In this document: in pieces, positions 21,583-32,128 of the stretch
Layout of the letters: each line of letters begins with the position of its first letter
Position numbering within the stretch: the first letter of the stretch is position 1
From: Nostoc sp.
GTDB lineage: Bacteria; Cyanobacteriota; Cyanobacteriia; Cyanobacteriales; Nostocaceae
DNA: 64,000 nt
Assembly (NCBI GenBank): GCA_036918135.1
Contig: JBALDB010000027.1
Location: 29,559 to 93,558, forward strand
Reading direction: 5' to 3'
Program-made: the position numbers and the translations under genes
Notes under the pieces: generated by a model
What the model saw: only the letters and a program-made list of their open reading frames with translations
What the model was told of the DNA's origin: nothing
The model's database searches: none

Positions 21583-22062
21583 TTATTGCAATAGTAAGAC
21601 TACAGCATAAGCACATATCCCTTCTTCACGGCCAACAGGGCCTAATTTTTCATTGGTGGTAGCTTTGATGCCAATTTGATTGGGTTCTAATTCTAAAATC
21701 GTCGCTAGTTTGTCGCGCATTTTAAGAATATGCGGTTTTAATTTTGGACGTTCTGCCACTACGACAGAGTCAATATTTCCCACTTGCCAGCCTTGCTCCC
21801 GAATTAGCTGATGTACTTGAGTTAATAGTATTAAACTATCTGCTCCCGCCCATTGGGGATCGGTGGGGGGAAAATAATGACCAATATCGCCCAAGGATAA
21901 TGCCCCAAGCATGGCATCCATAATCGCATGAGTGAGTACATCAGCATCACTGTGACCCAATAAACCGAGTTCATGGGGAATTTGGATTCCTCCTAAAATT
22001 AAAGCGCGATCGCTCACCAGTCGGTGAATATCGTAGCCGTTACCAATACGAATTTTAGTCAT
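21583..22062 (-). CDS. ispF: 2-C-methyl-D-erythritol 2,4-cyclodiphosphate synthase
   Basis: [19 protein letters not shown] and KATTNEKLG. Confidence 0.97.
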   Translation of the reverse strand: MTKIRIGNGYDIHRLVSDRALILGGIQIPHELGLLGHSDADVLTHAIMDAMLGALSLGDIGHYFPPTDPQWAGADSLILLTQVHQLIREQGWQVGNIDSVVVAERPKLKPHILKMRDKLATILELEPNQIGIKATTNEKLGPVGREEGICAYAVVLLLQ

Positions 22063-22068
22063 TTGTTG

Positions 22069-22178
22069 TTAGTCATTAGTCATTAGTCATTAGTCATTGG
22101 GCAAACAGGGAGTGTGGGAGGTGTGGGAGGATGGGGAAGAAATCTTTCCCCCCCTCTCTCCCCACACTCCCCATCTCC
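22069..22178 (-). repeat. STRR (AGTCATT)x4 plus G-rich/C-rich element copy C
   Basis: Reverse complement GGGGAAAGATTTCTTCCCCATCCTCCCACACCTCCCACACTCCCTGTTTG directly after the trmD stop. Confidence 0.8.
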
Positions 22179-22874
22179 CTACTCCCCCCGCCCCTCTTCC
22201 CATTTTTCCAGGAGATCGGGACGGCGATCGCGTGTTCTTTGAATTTGTTGTTCGTAACGCCAGCGATTGATAGCGGCGTGATTTCCAGATAGCAATATCT
22301 CTGGTACTTTCAATCCGCGAAAATTTGCAGGGCGAGTGTATTGAGGATAGTCTAATAAGCCCTCCTCAAAACTTTCTGCTGTTAGGGACTCGGTTTTGGC
22401 TACGGTTCCTGGTAAAAGCCGCACTACACCGTTAATTAAAGCCATTGCTGGAATTTCCCCACCAGTCAAAATAAAATCTCCTAGAGAAACTTCACGAGTC
22501 ACCAAATGCAGTACCCTCTCATCTACTCCTTCGTAATGCCCACAAATCACTACTAACTGGTCATAGTTTATTGCCAATTCTCGCAACAAAGGTTGATTGA
22601 TTGTTTGACCCTGTGGACTCATTAAAATCACTTCTCTTCTAGGTAGAATCGGCAGTGACTCCACAGCATTGAAGATTGGTTCTGGTTTCATTAGCATCCC
22701 TACGCCGCCGCCATAGGGTTCATCATCTACCTTACGGTGCTTATCAGTTGTAAAGTCTCGTGGATTAATCAGATGCACTTGGGCAATCTGTTTGGCTAAG
22801 GCTTTACTCAGCAGCCCAGAACTGAGAACAGAGTAAAAACTGTCAGGAAAAAGTGTAACTATATCAAAACGCAC
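22179..22874 (-). CDS. trmD: tRNA (guanine-N1)-methyltransferase
   Basis: VDDEPYGGGVGM, CGHYEGVDER, SLGDFILTGGE and YPQYTRP. Confidence 0.97.
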   Translation of the reverse strand: MRFDIVTLFPDSFYSVLSSGLLSKALAKQIAQVHLINPRDFTTDKHRKVDDEPYGGGVGMLMKPEPIFNAVESLPILPRREVILMSPQGQTINQPLLRELAINYDQLVVICGHYEGVDERVLHLVTREVSLGDFILTGGEIPAMALINGVVRLLPGTVAKTESLTAESFEEGLLDYPQYTRPANFRGLKVPEILLSGNHAAINRWRYEQQIQRTRDRRPDLLEKWEEGRGE

Positions 22875-22971
22875 AGTAATTCGTATTCAAGGACACTAAT
22901 CTAAAGAATGAATGTCTAGCAAACACAAGAAGCCAATGTTAGGGTCAAACTACAGTTAAACTTTATCAATA

Positions 22972-22985
22972 GTATCTAAAAGTAC
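22972..22985. promoter_or_regulatory. NtcA-binding consensus in the trmD/cphB intergenic region
   Basis: GTA-TCTAAAAG-TAC (GTAN8TAC); cphBA is NtcA-regulated in Anabaena. Confidence 0.65.
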
Positions 22986-23600
22986 CAACAGCTTGGACTT
23001 TAGATGGAATCTAAAGTTTTTCTAATTACTTAATTTATGTTTAAATGTTGTCACAACTACATTTAAATTAATAGTCATATCAAGTTAACAACTTTCAGGA
23101 TGCATCGAGCCAGCCTTAGAATTAAACGTCGTCTTACCTGCTCGTCCCTAATCTCAAAAGGGAAATCTGACACTTTTGTGCCAGTTTCTTCTTTGTCAGG
23201 AGAAGCTATACCTAGCTTGCTTCTTTTAAGGAAGGTAAGTTGCGATAGCCGAGGGTACTTGCTAACCTTTGGGATGCTCGCAGGCGAACAACTTTGCGAA
23301 AGTTCGCAATGTAGTATCTCTCCAACGCCCTGGCTCCTCAATGGGGGAAACCCCGACACAGAAGCCTCCTCCCTAGCCTACAAAATAAGGACTATTTTGC
23401 CCGTCTGGAAGTGGATAGGTGAAAAACAAGGTGCTAGCAAGCAGCAGAGGAATGGCAACAAACACGTTTAAACTGAGGTCTCGTGTGCGTTATACAAGAA
23501 TTTGGAACTGTGGCTCAGGAGAATCTAAACTTTACAAAAGTGTCCTCTCAAAAGTTGCAAAGCGCAAAAATCATCAGGCTCCCGATCTTGTTAAATTTAC

Positions 23601-23820
23601 ACGCCATTCGCCACAAGCTGGGGAAACCACGCCAGTTGCTCATGGGGGAAACCACGCCAGTTGCTCACGGGGGAAACCACGCCAGTTGCTCATGGGGGAA
23701 ATCACGCCAGTTGCTCATGGGGGAAACCCCCAAGACCGCACTGGCTCCCCAAAACCGCACTGGCTCCCCAAGACCGCACTGGCTCCCCAAGACCGCGCTG
23801 CCTCACCCAGGCGATGGCTC
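23601..23820 (+). repeat. Nested small dispersed repeat: four 25-nt left halves then four 19-nt right halves inside an outer related element
   Basis: ACGCCAGTTGCTCATGGGGGAAACC x4 (23629-23728), then CCCAAGACCGCACTGGCTC x4 (23729-23804). Confidence 0.92.
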
Positions 23821-23846
23821 CTGAAGTTGTTGACAGGAGAAACACA

Positions 23847-24710
23847 ATGCCGGAATTAAAAGCTAAATCGCTGGAAATGAGGACACCCCAAGCAACTAAA
23901 ACCGCCGTTCTGGTTATCGGAGGCGCAGAAGACAAAGTTCACGGGCGCGACATCCTACGAACTTTTTTTGGACGTGCTGGTGCTAGTAAAGGCTATATTA
24001 CAATTATTCCATCTGCCTCTCGCGAACCCGCTATCATTGGTGGTCGGTATATTCGGATTTTTGAAGAGATGGGTGCTCAGAAGGTAGAGATTTTAGACAT
24101 CCGCGAACGAGAACAGTGTGAAGCCTCCCAGATTAAAGCATCCTTAGAAGCCTGTAGTGGGGTGTTTTTGACAGGAGGAGACCAACTGCGTTTGTGTGGC
24201 GTATTGGCAGATACGCCAGCGATGGAAATTATCCGGCAGCGGGTGAGGTCAGGGGAACTTACCTTAGCAGGCACTAGTGCCGGAGCGGCAGTGATGGGGC
24301 ATCATATGATTGCTGGCGGCGGTAGTGGAGAGTCGCCAAATCGTTCTTTAGTGGATATGGCAACGGGCTTGGGATTTATTCCTGAAGTTATCGTTGACCA
24401 ACACTTTCATAACCGTAATCGGATGGGGCGGCTGATTAGTGCGATCGCAGCTCATCCCGATCGCTTGGGTATTGGCATTGACGAAGATACTTGTGCTGTA
24501 TTTGAACGTGATGGCTGGCTACAAGTTATGGGTAAAGGCAGTGTCACCATTGTCGATCCCACCGAGCTCACCCACACTAATGAACCTTATGTCAGTGCTA
24601 ACGAACCTTTAACGGTGCATAACTTACGCCTGCATATCCTCAGCTATGGCGATCGCTTCCACTTGTACCAGCGCACTGTATTGCCTGCTGTACACCGAAT
24701 CTCCAGCTGA
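23847..24710 (+). CDS. cphB: Cyanophycinase
   Basis: IGGAEDK, TGGDQ, GTSAG nucleophile, DQHFHNRNR and GIDE; AGGAGA RBS before ATG 23847. Confidence 0.97.
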   Translation: MPELKAKSLEMRTPQATKTAVLVIGGAEDKVHGRDILRTFFGRAGASKGYITIIPSASREPAIIGGRYIRIFEEMGAQKVEILDIREREQCEASQIKASLEACSGVFLTGGDQLRLCGVLADTPAMEIIRQRVRSGELTLAGTSAGAAVMGHHMIAGGGSGESPNRSLVDMATGLGFIPEVIVDQHFHNRNRMGRLISAIAAHPDRLGIGIDEDTCAVFERDGWLQVMGKGSVTIVDPTELTHTNEPYVSANEPLTVHNLRLHILSYGDRFHLYQRTVLPAVHRISS

Positions 24711-25213
24711 CGCGATCGAGTCTGTGAGGTTACACTGAGTTGACTATAAATTTAGATTTGCCAGCAAAGGATTTTGGATTCAAAGAGCTTTTCGGTATGT
24801 GTTGGACTAACATCTTACTAAGCTAAGACAACAAAATGGACTAAACAAATCTCAAAGACGCTCCTTTTGCAAGGCACTTCTGTTTTAACTTTGCTAATCC
24901 CTACGCTATCGTAAATCTAATAATTACACACGAGTTGAGTACCCTTGTGGTCTGTTTCAAATTCAAAAGACGCTCGCGGACTAGACGTGAGGTAACTATC
25001 CCCAATCCGTCTGGAAAAGCTTTGCTCAATGGAAACCTTTGCTCAAACTTTTCGCCAAATTCTTAAATTGGTTGATCGCTCATTTATTTCTTGCTGTAGA
25101 AAAATGATGAGAATACCATGTAAAAAGAAAAAACTGTTTACCATGAACAGTTTAGCGGTTAATTCCAGTAAGAAACTAGAACTTTGGTTCCGAATCTCCA
25201 TCTACCTATTCCC

Positions 25214-27919
25214 ATGAGAATCCTCAAGATCCAGACCTTACGCGGCCCAAACTACTGGAGCATTCGACGCCACAAGCTAATCGTCATGCGCCTCGATTTA
25301 GAAAACCTTGCCGAGACGCCCTCGAATGAAATTCCTGGCTTTTACGAAGGATTAGTTGAGGCGCTGCCAAGTCTGGAGGGTCACTATTGTTCGCCTGGCT
25401 GTCGCGGTGGTTTTTTGATGCGCGTGAGAGAAGGCACGATGATGGGTCACATCGTGGAACATGTAGCACTAGAACTCCAAGAATTAGCTGGAATGCATGT
25501 CGGCTTTGGTCGCACTCGCGAAACTGCCACACCTGGAATTTACCAAGTAGTAATTGAGTACTTGAATGAGGAAGCGGGACGTTACGCTGGACGAGCTGCG
25601 GTGCGGCTATGTCAAAGTATCGTCGATCGCGGTCGTTACCCCAAAGCAGAACTAGAGCAAGATATCCAAGACCTGAAAGACTTCAGCCGTGATGCTTCCT
25701 TAGGCCCTTCGACAGAGGCGATCGTCAAAGAAGCTGAAAAAAGAGGTATTCCCTGGATGGCTTTAGAAGCCCGCTTTTTGATCCAGCTAGGTTACGGCGT
25801 CAATCAAAAGCGGATGCAGGCAACAATGACGGACAACACCGGCATTTTGGGCGTAGAACTAGCTTGCGACAAAGAAGCCACCAAGCGCATCCTCGCAGCC
25901 GCAGGGGTGCCGGTACCTAGAGGTACAACGATCAACTTTTTGGACGATTTAGAAGAAGCCATTGAATACGTTGGCGGCTACCCGATTGTGATTAAGCCCC
26001 TTGATGGGAATCACGGACGTGGTATCACTATTGATATTAGAACCTGGGAAGAAGCTGAAGCTGCTTATGAAGCTGCCAGACAAGTTTCTCGCTCGATTAT
26101 CGTCGAAAGATATTATGTTGGGCGCGACCATCGGGTACTGGTAGTAAATGGCAAAGTAGTGGCAGTAGCCGAACGCGTGCCAGCTCATGTAATTGGTAAT
26201 GGCAGATCCACCATCGCCGAATTGATTGAAGAAACAAATCAAGACCCGAATCGCGGCGAAGGGCACGATAATGTCCTGACCAAAATTGAACTAGACCGCA
26301 CCAGCTACCAACTGCTAGAAAGGCAAGGCTACACTTTAAATAGTGTACCAGCTAAGGGTACAGTTTGTTACCTGCGGGCAACAGCTAACTTGAGTACAGG
26401 TGGCATTGCCGTAGACCGCACCGACGAAATCCACCCAGAAAATATTTGGTTGGCACAAAGAGTAGTAAAAATTATCGGTTTGGATATCGCTGGCTTAGAT
26501 ATCGTCACCTCGGATATTAGCCGTCCCCTACGGGAAGTAGATGGCGTGATTGTCGAGGTTAATGCTGCTCCTGGGTTTAGGATGCACGTTGCCCCTAGTG
26601 TTGGCATTCCCCGCAACGTTGCTGGTGCGGTGATGGATATGCTCTTCCCCAACGAACAATCTAGCCAAATTCCGATTCTCAGCGTCACGGGTACCAATGG
26701 CAAAACCACTACTACTCGACTGTTAGCACATATATATAAACAGACTGGAAAAGTAGTAGGATATACTACAACTGATGGTACGTATATCGGTGATTACTTA
26801 GTAGAATCTGGCGATAACACAGGCCCCCAAAGTGCCCATCTGATCCTGCAAGACCCGACAGTAGAAGTAGCAGTACTAGAAACAGCTCGCGGTGGAATTC
26901 TCCGCTCTGGGCTGGGCTTTGAAGCAGCAAATGTAGGTGTAGTATTGAATGTAGCCGCCGACCACTTAGGAATAGGCGATATAGATACCATCGAACAATT
27001 AGCTAACCTCAAGAGCGTAGTCACAGAAGCCGTATTCCCTGATGGTTATGCAGTACTCAACGCTGACGATCGCCGCGTCGCTGCTATGTCAGAAAAAACT
27101 AAAGCCAACATTGCTTACTTCACGATGAATCCGGACTCGGAATTAGTGCGAAAGCACATTCAAAAGAGCGGAGTCGCAGCGGTATATGAAAATGGGTATC
27201 TGTCCATTGTCAAAGGCGATTGGACACACCGTATAGAAAGAGCAGAAAATATACCTTTAACAATGGGCGGACGTGCGCCGTTTATGATTGCCAACGCCTT
27301 AGCAGCAAGTTTGGCAGCGTTCGTGCAAAACGTCACAATTGAGCAGATTCGTGCTGGTTTGAAGACCTTCCGAGCTTCCGTAAGTCAAACGCCGGGGCGG
27401 ATGAATTTGTTTAATTTAGGCAATTATCACGCTTTAGTGGACTATGCCCATAACCCAGCAAGTTACGAAGCAGTGGGTAGTTTCGTGCGGAACTGGACTA
27501 CCGGACAACGTATTGGCGTAATTGGCGGGCCGGGCGATCGCCGTGACGAAGACTTTGTCACCTTGGGCAAACTAGCAGCCCAAATTTTTGACTACATCAT
27601 CGTTAAAGAAGACGATGACACTAGAGGAAGACAACGGGGATCGGCTGCTCAGTTGATTGTTCAAGGCATTACCCAAGTCAAGTCTGATAGTCGCTATGAA
27701 TCAATTTTGGATGAAACACAAGCGATTAACAAAGGCTTAGACATGGCACCAAATAACAGCCTAGTGGTAATTTTACCAGAAAGCGTAAGTCGGGCAATTA
27801 AATTAATTAGAGGGCGTGGTGTAGTTAAAGAAGAAATACACCAACAAAATAGTGGTACAGCGCTCGTCGATTCCCAAAATGGGGTCGCACCTTCTTCTGT
27901 AGTCAATAGATTGCTGTAG
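25214..27919 (+). CDS. cphA: Cyanophycin synthetase, 901 aa
   Basis: MRILKIQTLRGPNYWS; ATP-grasp plus Mur-ligase-like domains (TGTNGKTT, DYAHNP). Confidence 0.98.
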   Translation: MRILKIQTLRGPNYWSIRRHKLIVMRLDLENLAETPSNEIPGFYEGLVEALPSLEGHYCSPGCRGGFLMRVREGTMMGHIVEHVALELQELAGMHVGFGRTRETATPGIYQVVIEYLNEEAGRYAGRAAVRLCQSIVDRGRYPKAELEQDIQDLKDFSRDASLGPSTEAIVKEAEKRGIPWMALEARFLIQLGYGVNQKRMQATMTDNTGILGVELACDKEATKRILAAAGVPVPRGTTINFLDDLEEAIEYVGGYPIVIKPLDGNHGRGITIDIRTWEEAEAAYEAARQVSRSIIVERYYVGRDHRVLVVNGKVVAVAERVPAHVIGNGRSTIAELIEETNQDPNRGEGHDNVLTKIELDRTSYQLLERQGYTLNSVPAKGTVCYLRATANLSTGGIAVDRTDEIHPENIWLAQRVVKIIGLDIAGLDIVTSDISRPLREVDGVIVEVNAAPGFRMHVAPSVGIPRNVAGAVMDMLFPNEQSSQIPILSVTGTNGKTTTTRLLAHIYKQTGKVVGYTTTDGTYIGDYLVESGDNTGPQSAHLILQDPTVEVAVLETARGGILRSGLGFEAANVGVVLNVAADHLGIGDIDTIEQLANLKSVVTEAVFPDGYAVLNADDRRVAAMSEKTKANIAYFTMNPDSELVRKHIQKSGVAAVYENGYLSIVKGDWTHRIERAENIPLTMGGRAPFMIANALAASLAAFVQNVTIEQIRAGLKTFRASVSQTPGRMNLFNLGNYHALVDYAHNPASYEAVGSFVRNWTTGQRIGVIGGPGDRRDEDFVTLGKLAAQIFDYIIVKEDDDTRGRQRGSAAQLIVQGITQVKSDSRYESILDETQAINKGLDMAPNNSLVVILPESVSRAIKLIRGRGVVKEEIHQQNSGTALVDSQNGVAPSSVVNRLL

Positions 27920-28184
27920 TCAAAAGTCAAGGGTTAAAAGTCAAAAAGAAGGGTGTGGGGGTGGCTGAGTGGGTGTGGGGAAGAAATCAGTATGAGCTTG
28001 TACCCACACTGATTTAAGACCACCCTTGAGCAGAAATTTTGGTAGGGGCTTGTACCCTATTGGTTTCGGTGTGGAGTGTAAAAATAGAGAACGTTTTTTC
28101 TTCTTTCCCCTACCCCCTAAACCCCACACCCTACACCCTAGTTTTAGTCAAGTATCTAAAAGTTTTTGACCCTTGACCCTTGAC
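27919..28184. repeat. Nested inverted STRR element between convergent cphA and tatA
   Basis: Outer GTCAAAA/GTCAAGG versus TTTTGAC/CCTTGAC; inner GGGTGTGG versus CCACACCC. Confidence 0.65.
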
Positions 28185-28357
28185 TATTGTTTGTCTTGTT
28201 CCGGATTGGTTTCGTCACTGGGAGCTTTCATCTCCTCTTTAAAGCCGCGTAGGGTTTTACCCAGTGCAGTTCCCAGTTCAGGAATTTTTTTCGACCCAAA
28301 AATGAGAATAGCAACTATCACAATTACACCGAGTTCCGGCCATCCTAGTCCAAACAT
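28184..28357 (-). CDS. tatA: Twin-arginine translocase TatA/E subunit, 57 aa (missed by the ORF track)
   Basis: Manual translation MFGLGWPELGVIVIVAILIFGSKKIPELGTALGKTLRGFKEEMKAPSDETNPEQDKQ. Confidence 0.93.
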   Translation of the reverse strand: MFGLGWPELGVIVIVAILIFGSKKIPELGTALGKTLRGFKEEMKAPSDETNPEQDKQ

Positions 28358-28433
28358 ATAACTTTCCTCTAAGGCATCTGTAATTAAATAGCGATCGCTT
28401 GCTCAACAGAGCAAGGTGGGTATGGGGACGGAA

Positions 28434-29831
28434 CTAACTTCCCATTGGATTAGTAATTGGCAAACCTAAGCAATTACTTAATTCATGAGCTAACCATTCA
28501 AGTTCCGCTTCAGTAATAGCAGTACTCATATTACCAAGTTGATATTTTTTTACTCCTGTCCAAATATCTAATTGTGCTGGAACGCTAATTCTATTGCCTT
28601 GAGTGTCTCTAGTAAAATGTTTCGGTATGTAAACCAACTTTGTAATACTTTGTCTTGGGGATGTGCGGGGACGATAAAATTTCCAGGCAAATAGATCCCA
28701 AGTTAAAGAAATTTGTTCGGAATTTAGGCGTAAGCTGATGCGTCCAAATAGATGAAATAAAAATTTATACACCATTAAAAAACCAGCGCCCCAAAAGGGA
28801 AGCGAGAACAAGGCAAAGGGAATGTTGACAGGAAAAGGGGCTGAGAGAGCGCCAATTGTCCAAAAGAGGATAAATGAATTCCAGGCGATCGCAAATAAAC
28901 CTGTAAATACTATTGATGGTTCAAAATCAGCTGGTGGAACGATAATTTCTAGAGAATCCTGATTTTTCGTTAATTGAATCTTACTCCCATCTGGTTTGCT
29001 AACAACCACAACAGGCGAACTTGATTGTGGTTTCTCTAAAAGTGCGATTGCAACAGCAGCAGAACTCAAACGCTTTTCTAAATTAGGTTCAACCATCTGC
29101 TGTAACCAATTAGTAAAGCTGGGACTGAGATTAGCCGTTACCTCAAACTGAATGCGAAAATCCTTTTGGGGTAAATCGGCTGGATGAGTACCTGTCACCA
29201 AATAAATTAAAGTTGCACCTAAGCTATAAAGGTCAGAAGCCGGAACCGTACGCCCGCCAAATTGCTCCTGTGGCATATAGCCATAGGTTCCTACTACAGT
29301 CCTAGTCCCGGTTTCTGTGGCCAGGACAGTTTGCACCGAACCAAAATCGATTAGATAAACTTCACCGACACTATTACCAGAGCGATCGCCCAATAAAATA
29401 TTGCTAGGCTTAAGATCGCGGTGAATTACAGGCGGATGCAATCCATGTAAGTAAATCAGAATCTCTAAAATAGCTTTGGCTATTTGTTTGACTTCAGCTT
29501 CGGTAAAAGTCCGCCCAGTTTGTAAATATTGCTCTAAAGTTTGTGCTGGAATATAAGTTTGTACTAGGGCAAATCCTTTGATAGTTGGGGAATTGACCTC
29601 AAAATAATCTAAATAGCTTGGGATAAAGGGATGTGACAAAGATTTTAAAGTTTGGGCTTCTCGCTCAAACAGCTTGAGTGAATCCCATTCAAAGTCACTA
29701 CTAAAAGAGAGTAACTTGATGACAACTAATTCTTGAGCTTTCAAGTCACGCGCTAACAGCGTTTGCCGTCCTGCTTTTTTTCCCAATAGTTGCTGAACTT
29801 CGTAACGCTCTCCTAATATTTGACCTATCAT
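28434..29831 (-). CDS. Ser/Thr protein kinase with C-terminal membrane domain
   Basis: VVIK, HRDLKPSN, IDFG and GTYGYMP; two hydrophobic helices. Confidence 0.93.
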   Translation of the reverse strand: MIGQILGERYEVQQLLGKKAGRQTLLARDLKAQELVVIKLLSFSSDFEWDSLKLFEREAQTLKSLSHPFIPSYLDYFEVNSPTIKGFALVQTYIPAQTLEQYLQTGRTFTEAEVKQIAKAILEILIYLHGLHPPVIHRDLKPSNILLGDRSGNSVGEVYLIDFGSVQTVLATETGTRTVVGTYGYMPQEQFGGRTVPASDLYSLGATLIYLVTGTHPADLPQKDFRIQFEVTANLSPSFTNWLQQMVEPNLEKRLSSAAVAIALLEKPQSSSPVVVVSKPDGSKIQLTKNQDSLEIIVPPADFEPSIVFTGLFAIAWNSFILFWTIGALSAPFPVNIPFALFSLPFWGAGFLMVYKFLFHLFGRISLRLNSEQISLTWDLFAWKFYRPRTSPRQSITKLVYIPKHFTRDTQGNRISVPAQLDIWTGVKKYQLGNMSTAITEAELEWLAHELSNCLGLPITNPMGS

Positions 29832-29885
29832 AAAAAGTGATTTTCTTAATTATTCTAATATTTTTATCTATAAAATATAAAGACT

Positions 29886-31280
29886 TTACTCTCTGGTAAT
29901 TGGTATATCTAACCAATCACTCAATTCTTGAGCTAGCCATTCAATTTCTGGTTCTGAGTTAATCACACCATTAGCACCAGCTAGTTGATATTTCTGTACT
30001 CCTGCCCAAATTATTAATTGAGGCATAACATTAACTTCATTACCAGTTCTTGAGTCTCTTTCAACCTGTTTTATAATGTAAACTAACTTATGTATATGCT
30101 GTCTTGGTGAAGGACAGATACGGTTGAATTTAAATCCGAATAACTCATCTTTAAAAGTAATTTGCTGCCGATCTAGGCGTATACGGATGCGTTTCAATAA
30201 CGGAAAAATAAATCTAGATATCTTTAAAAAACAAGCATTGTAAATAATAAATACAGTCAAGATGTAGGTATTAGAAGGATATAAGAAAAGGAGTATCGTC
30301 CACATTAGGGTAACGAAACTAAAGAAGAATACTTCTACACCTTCAGATGTACATAATGTTGATAAATTAAGCCCAACAGGTGGAACAATAATCTCTAAAA
30401 AATTCCGATTCTTTTTGAGTTTAATTTTGCTACCAACTGGCTGAATAATATTTAAAGTTCTAAGGCTTTCAATTTGCGGTTCATCCAAAGCTTCTAGTGC
30501 AGCACTTGCAGAACTAAAACGCCGTTCTAAACTCGGTTCAGTCATCGACTTTAACCAGCGAGTCAAGCTAGGACTGAGATTAGCTACCTGCTCAAACTGA
30601 ATCCGAAAATCCTTTTGTGGTAAATTCGCTGGATGAGTACCTGTTAGCAAGTAAATTAAAGTTGCGCCCAGACTATATAAGTCAGATGCTGCAACAGCGC
30701 GTTCGCCAAATTGTTCTAGTGGCATATAGCCGTATGTTCCTACTACAGTTCTTGTCCCGCCTTCTGTAGCCAAGACAGTTTGCACCGAACCAAAATCTAC
30801 TAGGTAAACTTGACCGACACTATTACCAGAACGTTCTCCCAATAAAATATTGCTAGGCTTAATATCACGATGGATTACAGGCGGATGTAACCTATGTAAG
30901 TAAATCAAAATCTCCAAAACTGCCTTAGCTATCTCTTGGCTTTCAACTTCTGTAAAAGTCCGCCCAGATTGTAAATATTGCTCTAAAGTTTTTGCTCTTA
31001 TATAAGTTTGTACCAGAGCAAATCCTTTGATAGTTGGTAAATTTACCTCAAAATAGTTTAAATAGCGAGGTATTAAGGGATGTGCTAGGTTTTTTAAAGT
31101 TTCGGCTTCTCGCTCAAACAGCTTGAGTGAATCCCATTCAAAGTCACCACCAAAAGAAAGTAACTTGATGACAACTAATTCCTGAGTTTTCAAGTCACGA
31201 GCTAATAGCGTCCGCCGCCCTGCTTTTTTTCCTAATAGCTGCTGAACTTCGTAGCCTTCGCCTAATATTTCGCCAATCAT
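29886..31280 (-). CDS. Ser/Thr protein kinase, tandem paralog
   Basis: HRDIKPSN, VDFG and GTYGYMP; kinase domain nearly identical to the neighbour. Confidence 0.93.
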   Translation of the reverse strand: MIGEILGEGYEVQQLLGKKAGRRTLLARDLKTQELVVIKLLSFGGDFEWDSLKLFEREAETLKNLAHPLIPRYLNYFEVNLPTIKGFALVQTYIRAKTLEQYLQSGRTFTEVESQEIAKAVLEILIYLHRLHPPVIHRDIKPSNILLGERSGNSVGQVYLVDFGSVQTVLATEGGTRTVVGTYGYMPLEQFGERAVAASDLYSLGATLIYLLTGTHPANLPQKDFRIQFEQVANLSPSLTRWLKSMTEPSLERRFSSASAALEALDEPQIESLRTLNIIQPVGSKIKLKKNRNFLEIIVPPVGLNLSTLCTSEGVEVFFFSFVTLMWTILLFLYPSNTYILTVFIIYNACFLKISRFIFPLLKRIRIRLDRQQITFKDELFGFKFNRICPSPRQHIHKLVYIIKQVERDSRTGNEVNVMPQLIIWAGVQKYQLAGANGVINSEPEIEWLAQELSDWLDIPITRE

Positions 31281-31374
31281 TATGGTTTGTGATAACGCTA
31301 CGTTTAAAAAGTTTTCATAGCTTATGGCTTTACAATCTGGTCTGCCAATATCTTTAGTATAATTGCGTAGTTTT

Positions 31375-31977
31375 ATGCCCTCCCAACTTTGGCCTTACAT
31401 TACCCCAGGTATTCCCGATGAATTGTTCGAGCATTTGCCAGGAATTCCCTTCAGCCAGCGAGAAGTCCGACTGTTGTTAATTGCTCAACTGCGGCTACAA
31501 CCAAATTCAGTGTTGTGGGACATTGGTGCTGGGACGGGTACAATTCCTGTAGAGGTAGGCTTGCTGTGTCCAAAAGGCAAGATTATTGCTGTAGAAAGGG
31601 ATGAAGAAGTAGCTAATCTGATTAAGCGTAACTGCGATCGCTTTGAAGTCAACAATGTCGAAGTCATTGAAGGTAGCGCCCCAGAGTGTTTGCAGGATCT
31701 TAAGGTCACCCCTCACCGCGTTTGTATTGAAGGAGGACGCCCAATTCAGGAAATTTTGCAAGCTGCTTGGCAATATTTACCGACATCAGGTCGGGTTGTA
31801 GCCACAGCTGCTAATCTAGAAAGTTTGTATGCTATTTCCCAAAGTTTTTCGCTATTAAGGGCTAGAAATATCGAAGTCGTTCAATCTGCGGTTAATCGCT
31901 TAGAAACACGCGGCTTTTCTCAAACCTTTACCGCTGTCGATCCCATTTTTATCCTCAGTGGTGAGAAACTGGATTAG
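31375..31977 (+). CDS. cbiT: Precorrin-6B C5,15-methyltransferase decarboxylating subunit
   Basis: PGIPDELF, WDIGAGTGTI SAM motif, IEGSAPE. Confidence 0.92.
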   Translation: MPSQLWPYITPGIPDELFEHLPGIPFSQREVRLLLIAQLRLQPNSVLWDIGAGTGTIPVEVGLLCPKGKIIAVERDEEVANLIKRNCDRFEVNNVEVIEGSAPECLQDLKVTPHRVCIEGGRPIQEILQAAWQYLPTSGRVVATAANLESLYAISQSFSLLRARNIEVVQSAVNRLETRGFSQTFTAVDPIFILSGEKLD

Positions 31978-32128
31978 GGACTGGGGACTAGGAACTTGGG
32001 ACTAAGAATTAGCGAAGAGTTTTCCTAATCATCAATACTCAATGCCCAATCCCTAATACCCAATCCCCATTACCCCTTATCCCCAGAGGGGGCCCCACCT
32101 TCCCCAGTCCCCAGTACCCAATACTTCT

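Noticed and set aside
23601..23820. CRISPR array, or coding N-terminal extension of CphB (ORFs from 23419, 23483, 23661)
   Set aside because: No spacers. The ORFs are by-products of stop-poor repeats, and cphB has a clear RBS and ATG at 23847.
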